Shown here: positions 21,820 through 31,478 of the stretch, in pieces
How the letters are laid out: each line of letters begins with the position of its first letter
Numbering within the stretch: the first letter of the stretch is position 1
Source: Syntrophales bacterium
Lineage (GTDB): Bacteria > Desulfobacterota > Syntrophia > Syntrophales > UBA2210
DNA: 64,000 nucleotides
Direction of reading: 5' to 3'
Assembly: GCA_963666365.2 (NCBI GenBank)
Contig: CAXXNF010000002.1
Coordinates: forward strand, 2,304,001-2,368,000
Program-made: the position numbers and the translations under genes
Notes under the pieces: generated by a model
Database searches by the model: none
What the model was told of the DNA's origin: nothing
What the model saw: only the letters and a program-made list of their open reading frames with translations

Positions 21820-22701
21820 ATGGATATTATTTTTCAAACCTTAGCCAATGGGGTAATGGCATCATTGACCCTTGCTCTTATCGCAATCGGTCTGTGTCTA
21901 ATTTTCGGTATCCTGCAAATTATTAATTTTGCCCATGGCGAATTTTACATGCTGGGGGGATTTGGCGTGTGGTGGTTTCTTGAAGCCCATCCGTTTATGT
22001 CGGGCATGCCTCCTATCGTGAGTTATATAGCCGCTGTTTTGCTGACAATCATCATTGTGGCTGTGGTGGGCATGTTGGTGGAGAAATTCATCTTCCGTCC
22101 GGTGAGAGAACCCCATGAAACCGTGATGATTGTTTCCCTCGGGGTTATGCTTATTTTGCAGTCGGCAGCTCTGGTGACTTTCGGGCCGGTTGACAAATCG
22201 GTGTCTTCGCCGTTTACGGGGCTGGTTCAAATGGGGACAGTTGCTTTTTCCAACGAACGATTGGCGGCAATTATCAGTTGCATTGTCTTTATAGGCGTTC
22301 TCTATGTGATTATCAACCGGACCAGACTGGGAAAGGCCATGCGTGCGGTGGCTATGGATCATGAAGCAGCCGAAGTTCAAGGGATCAACACGGGGATGAT
22401 TTTTTCGGTGGCTATGGCGGTAAGCTGTGCGATCGCGGCGGCCGGGGGTGCGCTCGTGGGGCCGATCTATTATATAAACCCTTATATGGGGGTCGAACCG
22501 ATTTTGAAGGCATTTGCTGCGGTAATCCTCGGCGGTCTTGGAAGTTTGCCCGGGGCGGTTGTGGGTGCGTGCATCATCGGGCTCACCGAGACCTTTGTAT
22601 CAACCTACGTAGGAGCGCACTTTGCTTTGGTTGTGGTCTTCCTGATCATGATCGGCGTATTGATTTTAAAACCGACGGGGTTGTTTGGCCATGCAGAATA
22701 A
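21820..22701 (+). CDS. livH: Branched-chain amino acid-type ABC permease
   Basis: INFAHGEF, TRLGKAMRAVA, VILGGLGSLPGA. Confidence 0.93.
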   Translation: MDIIFQTLANGVMASLTLALIAIGLCLIFGILQIINFAHGEFYMLGGFGVWWFLEAHPFMSGMPPIVSYIAAVLLTIIIVAVVGMLVEKFIFRPVREPHETVMIVSLGVMLILQSAALVTFGPVDKSVSSPFTGLVQMGTVAFSNERLAAIISCIVFIGVLYVIINRTRLGKAMRAVAMDHEAAEVQGINTGMIFSVAMAVSCAIAAAGGALVGPIYYINPYMGVEPILKAFAAVILGGLGSLPGAVVGACIIGLTETFVSTYVGAHFALVVVFLIMIGVLILKPTGLFGHAE

Positions 22702-23665
22702 TATCTCAAAGAGAACAAAAATAATGTTGGCAATTGTGGGAGTTGCAGTCGTTATGATGCCGCTGATTTCCAGTGATCCTTACATTTTGCATATCGGCAT
22801 TGCAATCCTTATCTGGAGCATGCTGGCATTGGGAATTCGGATCGTCCTTATTTCCGGGCACCTCAATATTGCACAAGCGAGTTTTATGGGCATGGGCGCC
22901 TACGCGTCGGGTGTTCTGGCCATGAAACTAGGCTGGAGCTTCTGGGTGTGTCTTCCTGCTGCCGGAGTGATCTCGGCTGTGCTGGCGATCCTGGTCGGAT
23001 TGCCCACCTTGAGGATCAAAGGGGCATACTTCGTGATCATAACGCTTGGATTGTCGGAGGTATGCCGAAGGATCTGGATGATGTGGGACAGTCTTTTTGG
23101 AGGGCCCAGCGGACTTTTGGGCATTCCTTCTCCCGATCCGATCGGGCTGGGAAGTTTTACGATTACGTTTAATTCGAAAACTCATTTTTTCTATTTGGCA
23201 TTTGCTCTTTTTGTTCTGACGGTTTTCGTTATGTGGCGGTTTGAAAAATCACGTGCGGGCATGTTATTGAAGTCATTCCCCCAGGCGGACATACTGGCCG
23301 AATCTTCCGGAATCAACATCATGAAGTATAAAGTCGCCGCCTTTTCTTTGGGAGCTTTTTTTGCAGGTTTGGCGGGATCGTTCTGGGCGCATTATTTCAC
23401 CTACTGCAGTCCGTGGGATTTCACCCTGATGGCGTCCTTTTACATGCTCATGTACGTGGTTATGGGGGGTATCGGTTCGATTGCCGGTCCCATAGTGGGA
23501 AGCACCATCATGCTCATTCTCGATGAATTTCTAAGGCCTTTTAAGGAGTATACACCGATGATTCTGGGAGCCATTCTTATTTTGGTCTTGCGGTTCCTGC
23601 CCGGCGGCTTGGTATCGATTCCGGGCATAATCCAAGATGCGGTAACGAGGAGGGGTAAATCGTGA
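22691..23665 (+). CDS. livM: Branched-chain amino acid-type ABC permease
   Basis: LRIKGAYFVIITL, GGPSGL, VVMGGIGSIAGP, LPGGL. Confidence 0.93.
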   Translation: MQNNISKRTKIMLAIVGVAVVMMPLISSDPYILHIGIAILIWSMLALGIRIVLISGHLNIAQASFMGMGAYASGVLAMKLGWSFWVCLPAAGVISAVLAILVGLPTLRIKGAYFVIITLGLSEVCRRIWMMWDSLFGGPSGLLGIPSPDPIGLGSFTITFNSKTHFFYLAFALFVLTVFVMWRFEKSRAGMLLKSFPQADILAESSGINIMKYKVAAFSLGAFFAGLAGSFWAHYFTYCSPWDFTLMASFYMLMYVVMGGIGSIAGPIVGSTIMLILDEFLRPFKEYTPMILGAILILVLRFLPGGLVSIPGIIQDAVTRRGKS

Positions 23666-24435
23666 GCCAAAAACATCCCCTATTGGAATTGTCGGACGTG
23701 ACGAAACATTTCGGTGGTCTGGCGGCCGTCAGCGATTTATCGCTTGGCGTGCAAGAGGGAGAGATAGTAGGGTTAATCGGTCCCAACGGCGCCGGTAAGA
23801 CGACGGTTTTTAACCTTGTCAGCGGTGTATATTCACTTAGTCACGGTGCAGTTAAATTCAAAAATGAAGATATTACCACACTCAAACCGCATGTTGTGGC
23901 TAAAAAGGGTTTAGTTCGCACATTTCAGGCAAATGTGTTATTCAAGGATTTTTCCGTGCTGGAAAATGTGCTGGTGGGTTGCCAGCTTCAAGTGGAAACC
24001 GGCATCTTTATGGACCTGTTCAACTTCCGGTCTGTGCGCAAAAAACGTGAAAATGTGCTTCGTATCGCGGAAGAATGCATCGATTTCGTTGGCCTGAAAG
24101 GCCTCAATAACGAGATTGCTTCGAATCTGGCACATGGACATCAGAGAATGCTCGGCATAGGGATTGCGCTGGCATCCCATCCTCAGATGATCATGCTGGA
24201 TGAGCCGGTCAGCGGGATGAATAATGAAGAAAAATCGGCAATGATGGCACTGATCAGAAAGATAAGAGACCGTGGAATTACCGTGCTGCTGGTCGAGCAT
24301 GACATGCGGGTAGTGATGGGGCTTTGCGACCGGATTGCTGTATTGAATTTCGGGCACAAAATTGCGGAAGGAGTGCCGGAGGAAATACAGAATAATGAGA
24401 GTGTGATCGAAGCCTATTTAGGAGCGGAAGATTGA
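23662..24435 (+). CDS. livG: ABC ATP-binding protein
   Basis: FGGLAAV, GPNGAGKTT, LDEP, VEHDM, AYLG. Confidence 0.95.
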   Translation: MSQKHPLLELSDVTKHFGGLAAVSDLSLGVQEGEIVGLIGPNGAGKTTVFNLVSGVYSLSHGAVKFKNEDITTLKPHVVAKKGLVRTFQANVLFKDFSVLENVLVGCQLQVETGIFMDLFNFRSVRKKRENVLRIAEECIDFVGLKGLNNEIASNLAHGHQRMLGIGIALASHPQMIMLDEPVSGMNNEEKSAMMALIRKIRDRGITVLLVEHDMRVVMGLCDRIAVLNFGHKIAEGVPEEIQNNESVIEAYLGAED

Positions 24436-25142
24436 TGCAGCTGGAAATAAAAAATATTAATGTACATTATGGAAAAGTAGAGGCCGTGAAAGGTGTCTCC
24501 GTTCAAATAGAAAAAGGAACGGTCGTTTCGCTCATTGGGGGTAACGGTGCAGGAAAATCAACGATTCTGCGAACACTTGCCGGATTGAAAAAGCCGACAA
24601 GCGGAGAGATCTGGTTCGCCGGTGAGCGCATCGACGGTCTGTCAGCGACGGAGATTGCCCGGAAGGGAATCGGCTATTCGATGGAAGGAAGGAGAATCTT
24701 TTCTGGTCTTAGCGTACATGAAAATCTGGAAATGGGCGCCTATATCATGAAAGACCGCCGGAAAATTCAAAGAAGAATTGAGGAAATATGCGACCTCTTC
24801 CCCATTCTCAGAGAACGCAACAATCAGAAAGGCGGGACCTTGAGCGGGGGAGAACAGCAGATGCTGGCCATCGGCCGTGCCATGATGTGCGAGCCTGCAC
24901 TGCTCCTTCTTGACGAACCATCACTGGGTCTTGCCCCTAAAATTGTGCGGGAACTGAATGTCATTATCAGGGATATAAATAAAATGGGCGTTTCAGTTCT
25001 TCTGGTCGAACAGAATTCCAAACTGGGATTGGGGGTGGCCGACCGCGGGTATGTGCTCGAAGTGGGCGAAGTTGTTTTGATGGGTGATGCCAGCGAATTG
25101 ATGGCAAATGACCATGTCAAGAAGATTTATCTGGGCGTATAA
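24435..25142 (+). CDS. livF: ABC ATP-binding protein
   Basis: GGNGAGKST, LSGGEQQMLAIGRA, LDEPSLGLAP, VEQN. Confidence 0.95.
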   Translation: MQLEIKNINVHYGKVEAVKGVSVQIEKGTVVSLIGGNGAGKSTILRTLAGLKKPTSGEIWFAGERIDGLSATEIARKGIGYSMEGRRIFSGLSVHENLEMGAYIMKDRRKIQRRIEEICDLFPILRERNNQKGGTLSGGEQQMLAIGRAMMCEPALLLLDEPSLGLAPKIVRELNVIIRDINKMGVSVLLVEQNSKLGLGVADRGYVLEVGEVVLMGDASELMANDHVKKIYLGV

Positions 25143-25257
25143 GTTATGCCGTCTTTGGGAGTTCCGGAACTCGTTGTGTAAAGCGAGCCATATCCGACAT
25201 AGGAGAAAGGAGAAAAAGCATACCGGACATGGCTCATTGCGTGCCTTCTTTAAATAT

Positions 25258-26601
25258 TTATTTCTTACACCGGTCTAAATCAGATGCAACTTCCGGAGTA
25301 CAGTAGTCTATCGGAATCATCGTTGTTACTCCCGGTCCTGCTCCATCAGGATACCACTTGGTAGGATAGTCATATTCAGTCACGTACATGCATCTCAATA
25401 CCTGATGATCGCAGGCTCTCATTTTCATGACACCGGAAAACCCTCTGAATTCATCATCTTCCCAGGTTGTAATTATTTTCTCCGGATCGGTCGTCCCTGT
25501 TCTATTCAAGATATCAAAATACCAATAGGTGGCGCCAACGGTTGAACCCATCACAGTAATGGGCCACATGTAGAGGTCCGTGTCGTAAGGCTTTTCCCAT
25601 TTATTTTTCCATAACTCATTCCATACTTTATTGAACACTACATTTTCGGGTGTGTCGCAATTGATTGAATGATCATTCACCTGGACCATTCCCCGTCCTG
25701 CCGGACCACCTATTGCCTTCATTGTAACGGGTTCACAGGCATCTCTGGTAGCGATAGGCATAGTGATCCCCAGTGAACGGGCAGTCTTGATCAGGTTTTG
25801 TCCATCCGGCGCCCAGTCGCTTGTAAATATCACTTCCGCACCGGATGCCTGAATTTTTGTCATGTAAGGGGCAAAGTCCTTCATGAAGAGGGGGTGGTAG
25901 ACCTCGCCGACGATTTCGGCATCGGGCTTATATTTTTTGAGACCTTCCTTAAACCCTTTTCCCATGTTGTGACCGAACATATAATCCTGGCAAAGTATGT
26001 AGAATTTGTTTTCCGGTCGCTTGGAATAAAAGTATGCCATACCCAATCCAAACATTTCCGTATTATAACAGGTTCGAAAGGCATAGCGGTTAAAGTTTTT
26101 TCCATCAAGCAGAGAAGTGGTGTTCGATGTCCCGATAAAATGAATAGTCTTATATTTCTTTGCCACATTCATCATAATAAGCGTCAGATGACTGCCGGCG
26201 GTACCCCACAACAGATCAACCTTATCTTCCAAACAGAGTTTTTCCGCCATTTTTTTACATAACGCAGGCTTTCCTTGCGAATCACCCTTGATTATCTCAA
26301 CCTTTTGGGTGGTACCGTCTACCTTGATTCCACCTCTTTTATTCAAATCATGCACAACCCAGTTCGTGGTGAGCCAGTAAATCTCACCATTGAGCGCCGC
26401 CGGTCCTGAAAAGGCGTCTATGAGTCCGATTTTAATAGTATCGCCTGTCGGCATCACTACCTTATTCGGATCAAAATCACTCATATTCTTTGCCATTGTA
26501 TCTACATCAACGCCACGCGCAGCTGCCATACAATTCACCGCAAAGAAGACCAAGAGTAAGGCAAGAAGCCATATCAAATGCTGTTTACGTTTTACTGTCA
26601 T
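25258..26601 (-). CDS. LivJ/K-family substrate-binding protein, Cys-rich paralog 1
   Basis: Signal peptide, TIKIGLIDAFSGP, QDYMFGH, KDFAPY, MRACDHQ, C-terminal LDRCKK. Confidence 0.9.
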   Translation of the reverse strand: MTVKRKQHLIWLLALLLVFFAVNCMAAARGVDVDTMAKNMSDFDPNKVVMPTGDTIKIGLIDAFSGPAALNGEIYWLTTNWVVHDLNKRGGIKVDGTTQKVEIIKGDSQGKPALCKKMAEKLCLEDKVDLLWGTAGSHLTLIMMNVAKKYKTIHFIGTSNTTSLLDGKNFNRYAFRTCYNTEMFGLGMAYFYSKRPENKFYILCQDYMFGHNMGKGFKEGLKKYKPDAEIVGEVYHPLFMKDFAPYMTKIQASGAEVIFTSDWAPDGQNLIKTARSLGITMPIATRDACEPVTMKAIGGPAGRGMVQVNDHSINCDTPENVVFNKVWNELWKNKWEKPYDTDLYMWPITVMGSTVGATYWYFDILNRTGTTDPEKIITTWEDDEFRGFSGVMKMRACDHQVLRCMYVTEYDYPTKWYPDGAGPGVTTMIPIDYCTPEVASDLDRCKK

Positions 26602-26959
26602 CATTTTCTCCTTGTAATTATTGTTTTTATTCCTACTATCTTCCCAACATATTATGCTTTTGTCGGTAATCACCTTTCAGAATGGTCTTGCTTGAATGCC
26701 AACGTCTTGGGAAAAGACTGTTCTTGCGCTCAATCTGAGTTCAGATCAGCCGTAATTATTGGGATAAGCCGGATTCAGGCGAACGCCTGAAAGAGTAAAA
26801 AGGCGATCCTCACACTTGTTGCAAAATCAAATAAGTACGTATGCCATGATCGTTGGGTCACTTTCTTATTTCAGTCCAGATAGCGTACCATGTAACCATA
26901 GGCATCTTGAAAAGTAAACCGCCTATATTCAGCCTAATATCGGTCTTATTAAAAGGCTG

Positions 26960-27757
26960 TTATGAGAATGACATGAGAAGTGAACGCAGATTTTCTTTTC
27001 TTGACTTTAATCCCAGTTTCTTGCGAATGCTTTTTCGGTAATTATCAACAGTATTAACTGCAAGATTCAAAATTTCACAAATTTCTTTTGTCTGTCTTCC
27101 ATCTTTGATCAAACTGGCAACTTGAATTTCCCGTGGCGTCAAGTTTGAAAATCGGCGCGACATTTTCATTAAAAAGGGGGAGGTGATTTCATTGGCATGC
27201 TTTTCAATAATGTCGACGTAATATGAGGCTTCGGGGGTTAAACGAAGCGCCTTCAGTCGTGCAATATACGGGAAAACCAGCTCTTTAATATTGTTGACCA
27301 CTTTTTCCTCAACCTCATTGAGATCATTCTGACGGTGTTTCAACAACACGTTCAAAGCCGTATTCGTTTCCTCTAATATCGCCGTTTTTTCTTTTAGAGC
27401 ATTTTCCATAGTAATTTGAGGCGTTATATCGGTTAAAAAACATAAGGTTGCTGGCTCACCCTCCCATAAGATTCTTATGCCATAGCTTTCCAGAAACTTT
27501 ACCTCTCCGTTTTTATCTATAATTCTGTGCCTGTATTTTATGGCATCGCCCTGCAACCGTCCCGAATATGCACCACTCACTTTTTCGTAATCGTCCGGGA
27601 ATACAGTTTCACTGACAGGCTTGTCCTGAAGCTCTTCAATAGAATACCCGCTGATCTCGGCGGCTTTCTGATTTGAGTATTTATTCAGTCCATCCTGAAT
27701 TACTACAATAGCTTCTTGAGCTGTTTCTAAGATTATGTCTATCGCAAGATTCTTAAT
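26960..27757 (-). CDS. PAS-domain LuxR-family transcriptional regulator
   Basis: PAS (NQKAAEISGYS...PDD...DIT), coiled coil, LTPREIQVASLIKDG...TVDNYRKSIRKKLG. The strong AAGGAGG Shine-Dalgarno precedes ATT at 27757. Confidence 0.85.
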   Translation of the reverse strand: MKNLAIDIILETAQEAIVVIQDGLNKYSNQKAAEISGYSIEELQDKPVSETVFPDDYEKVSGAYSGRLQGDAIKYRHRIIDKNGEVKFLESYGIRILWEGEPATLCFLTDITPQITMENALKEKTAILEETNTALNVLLKHRQNDLNEVEEKVVNNIKELVFPYIARLKALRLTPEASYYVDIIEKHANEITSPFLMKMSRRFSNLTPREIQVASLIKDGRQTKEICEILNLAVNTVDNYRKSIRKKLGLKSRKENLRSLLMSFS

Positions 27758-28058
27758 TGTGTGATCCTCCTTCGATCCATTGCTAATGCCGGCATCTTTA
27801 TACACGCAACTGCATAATATTGCTGAAAATATGTAATAGCAATACCAGCAATTGTCAAGCATTTTGTGGCGAATTCCGAGCGAACTCCCCTGTCCTGGAA
27901 CTCCCTGGTGAATGGCGGACTGCCTGGTTGTTTTCTTAATAAATAAGCTCTGATTCCACTTGTGGACTAAATACAATAAGCATGGTAGATGATTTGCAAG
28001 AACCGAAACCTGGAAATCGGTTGTGTGGGCATTCCGCAAAGAAAGGAGTAGTGCAGTG

Positions 28059-28376
28059 ATGAAGAAACTCGTTATTTTCCTGGGAATGTTGTGTCTCATG
28101 GCGGCTGCGGCCGACGATTGCTATGTTTGCAAGTGCAAAGGTCGGTTGGCATGGGATTTTTTGTTTAAAATCTATGGAGAGTGTGGATCCGGGTGGATAG
28201 GGGGTGATACTGGACAAATTGTGAGAGATATTAGTGTTGACATAATAGATCGTTTTATTCCTGCCGACTTGCGAAAAAAGATCGACGAGACTGGCGGATG
28301 CGAGTATTATCGTTACTCAGGCTGGAAATGTGGCAAAACGGTTAACGGTGCATGGCCTTCATGCATGTACGAATAA
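28059..28376 (+). CDS. Small secreted cysteine-rich hypothetical protein
   Basis: AAGGAG Shine-Dalgarno; MKKLVIFLGMLCLMAAAA signal peptide; 7 Cys in the mature part. Confidence 0.75.
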   Translation: MKKLVIFLGMLCLMAAAADDCYVCKCKGRLAWDFLFKIYGECGSGWIGGDTGQIVRDISVDIIDRFIPADLRKKIDETGGCEYYRYSGWKCGKTVNGAWPSCMYE

Positions 28377-28433
28377 CTGGATGCGCTGTTCTTGCCGGTC
28401 GACTGATCCATATCCAGGGACTGCGGGCCGAAG

Positions 28434-28467
28434 GAGTTCTGGGGACAGCATACTGTCCCCAGAACTC
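28434..28467. terminator. Perfect 15-bp inverted repeat between convergent genes
   Basis: GAGTTCTGGGGACAG-CATA-CTGTCCCCAGAACTC. Confidence 0.7.
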
Positions 28468-28492
28468 TTGAGTCTCATACAAATTCAATTGT

Positions 28493-29356
28493 TTATTTAC
28501 ATCTGTCGAGTCCTTCGGGTAGCGGCTGCTCGCAATATTTTGCAGGAACTATGAAGGGTTTGCCATAACTTGCCACATCGTCGAACCAGGGGTTAGGATA
28601 TTCGAATTGAGATACAAAGACATCTCTGATAATTTGGTGATCACAGGTACGCATTTTCACCACGCCGGTGATCGATTTGTATGCGTCGCCTTCCCACATT
28701 GCAATGATCTTTTCGGGATCGGTGCTGCCGGCACGTTCAATAACATCGAACATCCAGTAGAAGCCATTCACGCATTCTCCCAATATCGAAATGGGCCATT
28801 TATACGTCTTTGAATTGTACGGTTTATTCCACGTCTTCCAGGAGTCGTTCCACTTCTTATTGAAAGCCCTGTTTTCGGGCGTATCGACGCTGATCATGTG
28901 CGCATTTCCGTTTACCATCTTTCGCCCGGTTTCTCCCCCAATAGCCTTTAACGCTTCATAAGAAGCATCTGCATAGAGGTTGGCGACTTGTGCATCGATG
29001 CGCAGATTACTTGCCTGCACTATCATATTCATACCATCGGGAATCCAATCGCCGGTATATATGACTTCCGCCCCTGATCCCTGCACTTTTGTCAGATAGG
29101 GCGCAAAGTCCTTGAGAAAGAGCGGATGATATTCTTCACCAACTATTTCGTAGCTCCTTTTGTATTCCTTCAGGCCATTTTTGAAGGCGTTGCCAATATC
29201 GTGGCCGTACATGTAGTCCTGGCACAGAATAAAAAATTTCTTTTCCGGTTTTTGGGCATAATAGTAGGCCATGGCCCTGCCGAACATGGAGGTGGTAATG
29301 CAGGTCCTGAATGCGTATCGATGGAAATTCTTTGCATCAAGGAGCGAATCTGCCAC
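28493..29356 (-). pseudogene. 5'-truncated LivJ/K-family binding protein (Cys-rich paralog 2)
   Basis: Begins at SLLDAKNF, about 150-160 aa into the paralogs. No signal peptide or N-terminal segment; in-frame stop just upstream; ends LDRCK. Confidence 0.8.
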
Positions 29357-29402
29357 GCCACAGTCAAATACACATCCTTATCGATCGCCATGGACAGGTC
29401 AT

Positions 29403-30872
29403 TTACAGCCAGGGGAATCTCCTGGTCAGTTTCTTCGTCGTCCCTTCATAGGGGATCCCACCCAGTTTCTTTGCAATATTTTTTGATCGCTCGAGATCGG
29501 CGTCACGGTATATGGCAACTTTCTCGATCACGGGCGATCCTCCGCCGTGCAGGGCGTCGATCAGCTTGTGACCGCCCCATGTGGAGGCCATCATATCCTG
29601 GAACAGCCGGAAGGCGCGGTGTTGATTCTCCGGCGAAACATCGGGATCCCGCATGATATACTTTTCCATGTAGGGACCGGTCTTCTCGTTGGCAAATTCG
29701 GCCTCACTGGGAAGCGTTGCCGCCAGGCCACCGGCAATTGCGGCCAGGGCCTCATACTCACCGTATATCGCCTCGCCGGCAAGCATCCGCCCCGCGTTAC
29801 AGTAGTTGGTATCGGGGACATAGGTCCCGGAATCGGTCTTTACCGCGTTCATCGCAGCCGCGATTCCCGCCGCGAAGATCAGGTCAACGATCTGCGTCAT
29901 GTCGGCGAGTTTATGCCGGACGTGCTGAGCCTTGGCGATGCCGTTGTAATCGGCAGCCAGTGCCGTGGCGCCCGTGAATATCTCCGAAAGAGCCGCCTTG
30001 CAGCCGGTATAGCTGTGCCGGTGGTACAGGGCGAAGAGGAGAGCCAGCTTCCCGGCCAGTTCCGTTTCACCACAGAGAAACACCCGCTCCCAAGGAACGA
30101 AGACATGATCAAAAACGGTGATGGAATGCCCGATACCGACGTTTTCGTAGGGACAATGGAGTTCCGTCCGCGGTGGCGGGTAATAGGCGGCATTTACGAT
30201 GGTGACCCCCTCCCAGTCAGCCGGGAGAGAAAACGCGACTGCCCAATCTGTTTCATCCTCCCCCATGTGGCGGGTGGGAATCGCTACTATCTCATCGACG
30301 TAGGTGGAACAGGAATTGTGTGCCTTCGCACCGTTCACGATAATCCCATCGTCTCTTTTTTCTACCACACGGAGGTACAGGTCGGGGTCTTTCTGTTTTC
30401 CCGGCCGCCACACGCGGTTTCCCTTGACATCAGTCTGGGCGCAGTTCAGGGAAAGGTCTTTCTCCTGGACCTCTTTCATAAAAGCGATAAACCGCTCATT
30501 ATAATTCGTGCCGTACTTCTGATCGGCCTCATAGGTCACGATGGAAAGACCGTTGAGCGAGTCGATCCCCATGCAACGCTGGATGCACCCGCCCACCTCC
30601 TGGCTGTAGAGCCGGGTCATCTTCTGCTTGTTGAGAAGGTCCTCGATGCTCTGGTGGATATGGCAGAAACGGTTGATCTTCTCCCCCGTTATGTGCGAGG
30701 TGGCTACGCCCAATCCCTCGTATTCGGGATCAAATGCGTTGTCGTATGTCTGAGCCATTACATTGATCCCGCCCACCATTTTCGGTTCAAAGCGGTCAAC
30801 CACCTTGCCGCCCATATACACATTAGGTTTCAGCTTCGCGATCCTCTCACGATATTCATCTCCACGTATCAT
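29403..30872 (-). CDS. 4-hydroxybutyryl-CoA dehydratase / vinylacetyl-CoA isomerase family (AbfD-like, FAD + [4Fe-4S])
   Basis: GCIQRC (two Cys), AQTDVKGNR, GAKAH, FDHVFVPWERVF, HRHSYTGCK (His, Cys), HGGGSP. Confidence 0.88.
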   Translation of the reverse strand: MIRGDEYRERIAKLKPNVYMGGKVVDRFEPKMVGGINVMAQTYDNAFDPEYEGLGVATSHITGEKINRFCHIHQSIEDLLNKQKMTRLYSQEVGGCIQRCMGIDSLNGLSIVTYEADQKYGTNYNERFIAFMKEVQEKDLSLNCAQTDVKGNRVWRPGKQKDPDLYLRVVEKRDDGIIVNGAKAHNSCSTYVDEIVAIPTRHMGEDETDWAVAFSLPADWEGVTIVNAAYYPPPRTELHCPYENVGIGHSITVFDHVFVPWERVFLCGETELAGKLALLFALYHRHSYTGCKAALSEIFTGATALAADYNGIAKAQHVRHKLADMTQIVDLIFAAGIAAAMNAVKTDSGTYVPDTNYCNAGRMLAGEAIYGEYEALAAIAGGLAATLPSEAEFANEKTGPYMEKYIMRDPDVSPENQHRAFRLFQDMMASTWGGHKLIDALHGGGSPVIEKVAIYRDADLERSKNIAKKLGGIPYEGTTKKLTRRFPWL

Positions 30873-31074
30873 CGTTCTTCACTCTCCTTTACCTGTCTTT
30901 TTAAATGATTCCCGAATTCAATTTTTCCTCTCGCCGGCTTGCACTGACATTTATTTACCGCAGCTCACCGTCACTGAAATCGGGTGTGACCGTATGTTCC
31001 CTGAATGCTTCTCAGGCCCGACAATCCTTCCCTCCCCTTCCCTGCGCAGCAGTAGGTGGGTATGAATACTATGC

Positions 31075-31092
31075 TTGCACAACTCGGACCAA
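31075..31092 (-). promoter_or_regulatory. Sigma54 (-24/-12) promoter for the dehydratase gene
   Basis: Minus strand TTGGTCCGAGTTGTGCAA = GG-N10-GC. Confidence 0.7.
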
Positions 31093-31132
31093 CAGTGGCA
31101 GAAATGAAATATATTCAACAATAACAATTAAT

Positions 31133-31145
31133 TATCAATATTTTG
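31133..31145. promoter_or_regulatory. IHF binding site
   Basis: TATCAATATTTTG matches WATCAANNNNTTR, in an AT-rich tract between the promoter and the enhancers. Confidence 0.6.
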
Positions 31146-31179
31146 CCTGTTGGAAACAGAACAATTTTCACGTCTGCTT

Positions 31180-31351
31180 TGTAATATTATGTTACAGATA
31201 TGGCCGAATACCTGTTGTCTGTAATATTACGTTACGGAAATCAGGAGTTTTTCATTGACTCGCCTTGGATAATCTGGTAGCGCAATTATATTGTTGTAAA
31301 TTTATTTTACATAACTACATCGATCGGTTGATTCTGTAACATTATTTAACA
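31180..31351. promoter_or_regulatory. Four 17-bp TGTAA-N7-TTACA-type boxes (putative activator UAS)
   Basis: 31180 TGTAATATTATGTTACA; 31220 TGTAATATTACGTTACG; 31295 TGTAAATTTATTTTACA; 31335 TGTAACATTATTTAACA. Confidence 0.75.
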
Positions 31352-31478
31352 TGACACGATCCGGAATACTCCTATGAATCGAGTGTTCCTTCAGGCGCAT
31401 CAATTCCTGTTCATGATCCTGCGTAACCTATTCACCCGTGAACCGCCCAGATCGATGAAAAGAAAGAAAACGTAACAC

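Noticed and set aside
26660..26700. c-di-GMP-I riboswitch-like words upstream of the binding-protein gene
   Set aside because: Only partial resemblance; the P2/P3 pairing cannot be built
27758..28099. N-terminal 113 aa of the 379-aa LuxR ORF
   Set aside because: Non-protein-like, covers promoter DNA and overlaps the opposite-strand gene
29403..30872. 4-hydroxyphenylacetate 3-monooxygenase (HpaB) call
   Set aside because: The Fe-S ligand motifs CxxRC and H-x6-C are present and no flavin reductase is nearby, favouring the AbfD-type dehydratase
31180..31351. Regularly spaced 17-bp repeats as a mini-CRISPR
   Set aside because: Too short, degenerate and palindromic; no cas genes; position fits enhancer sites
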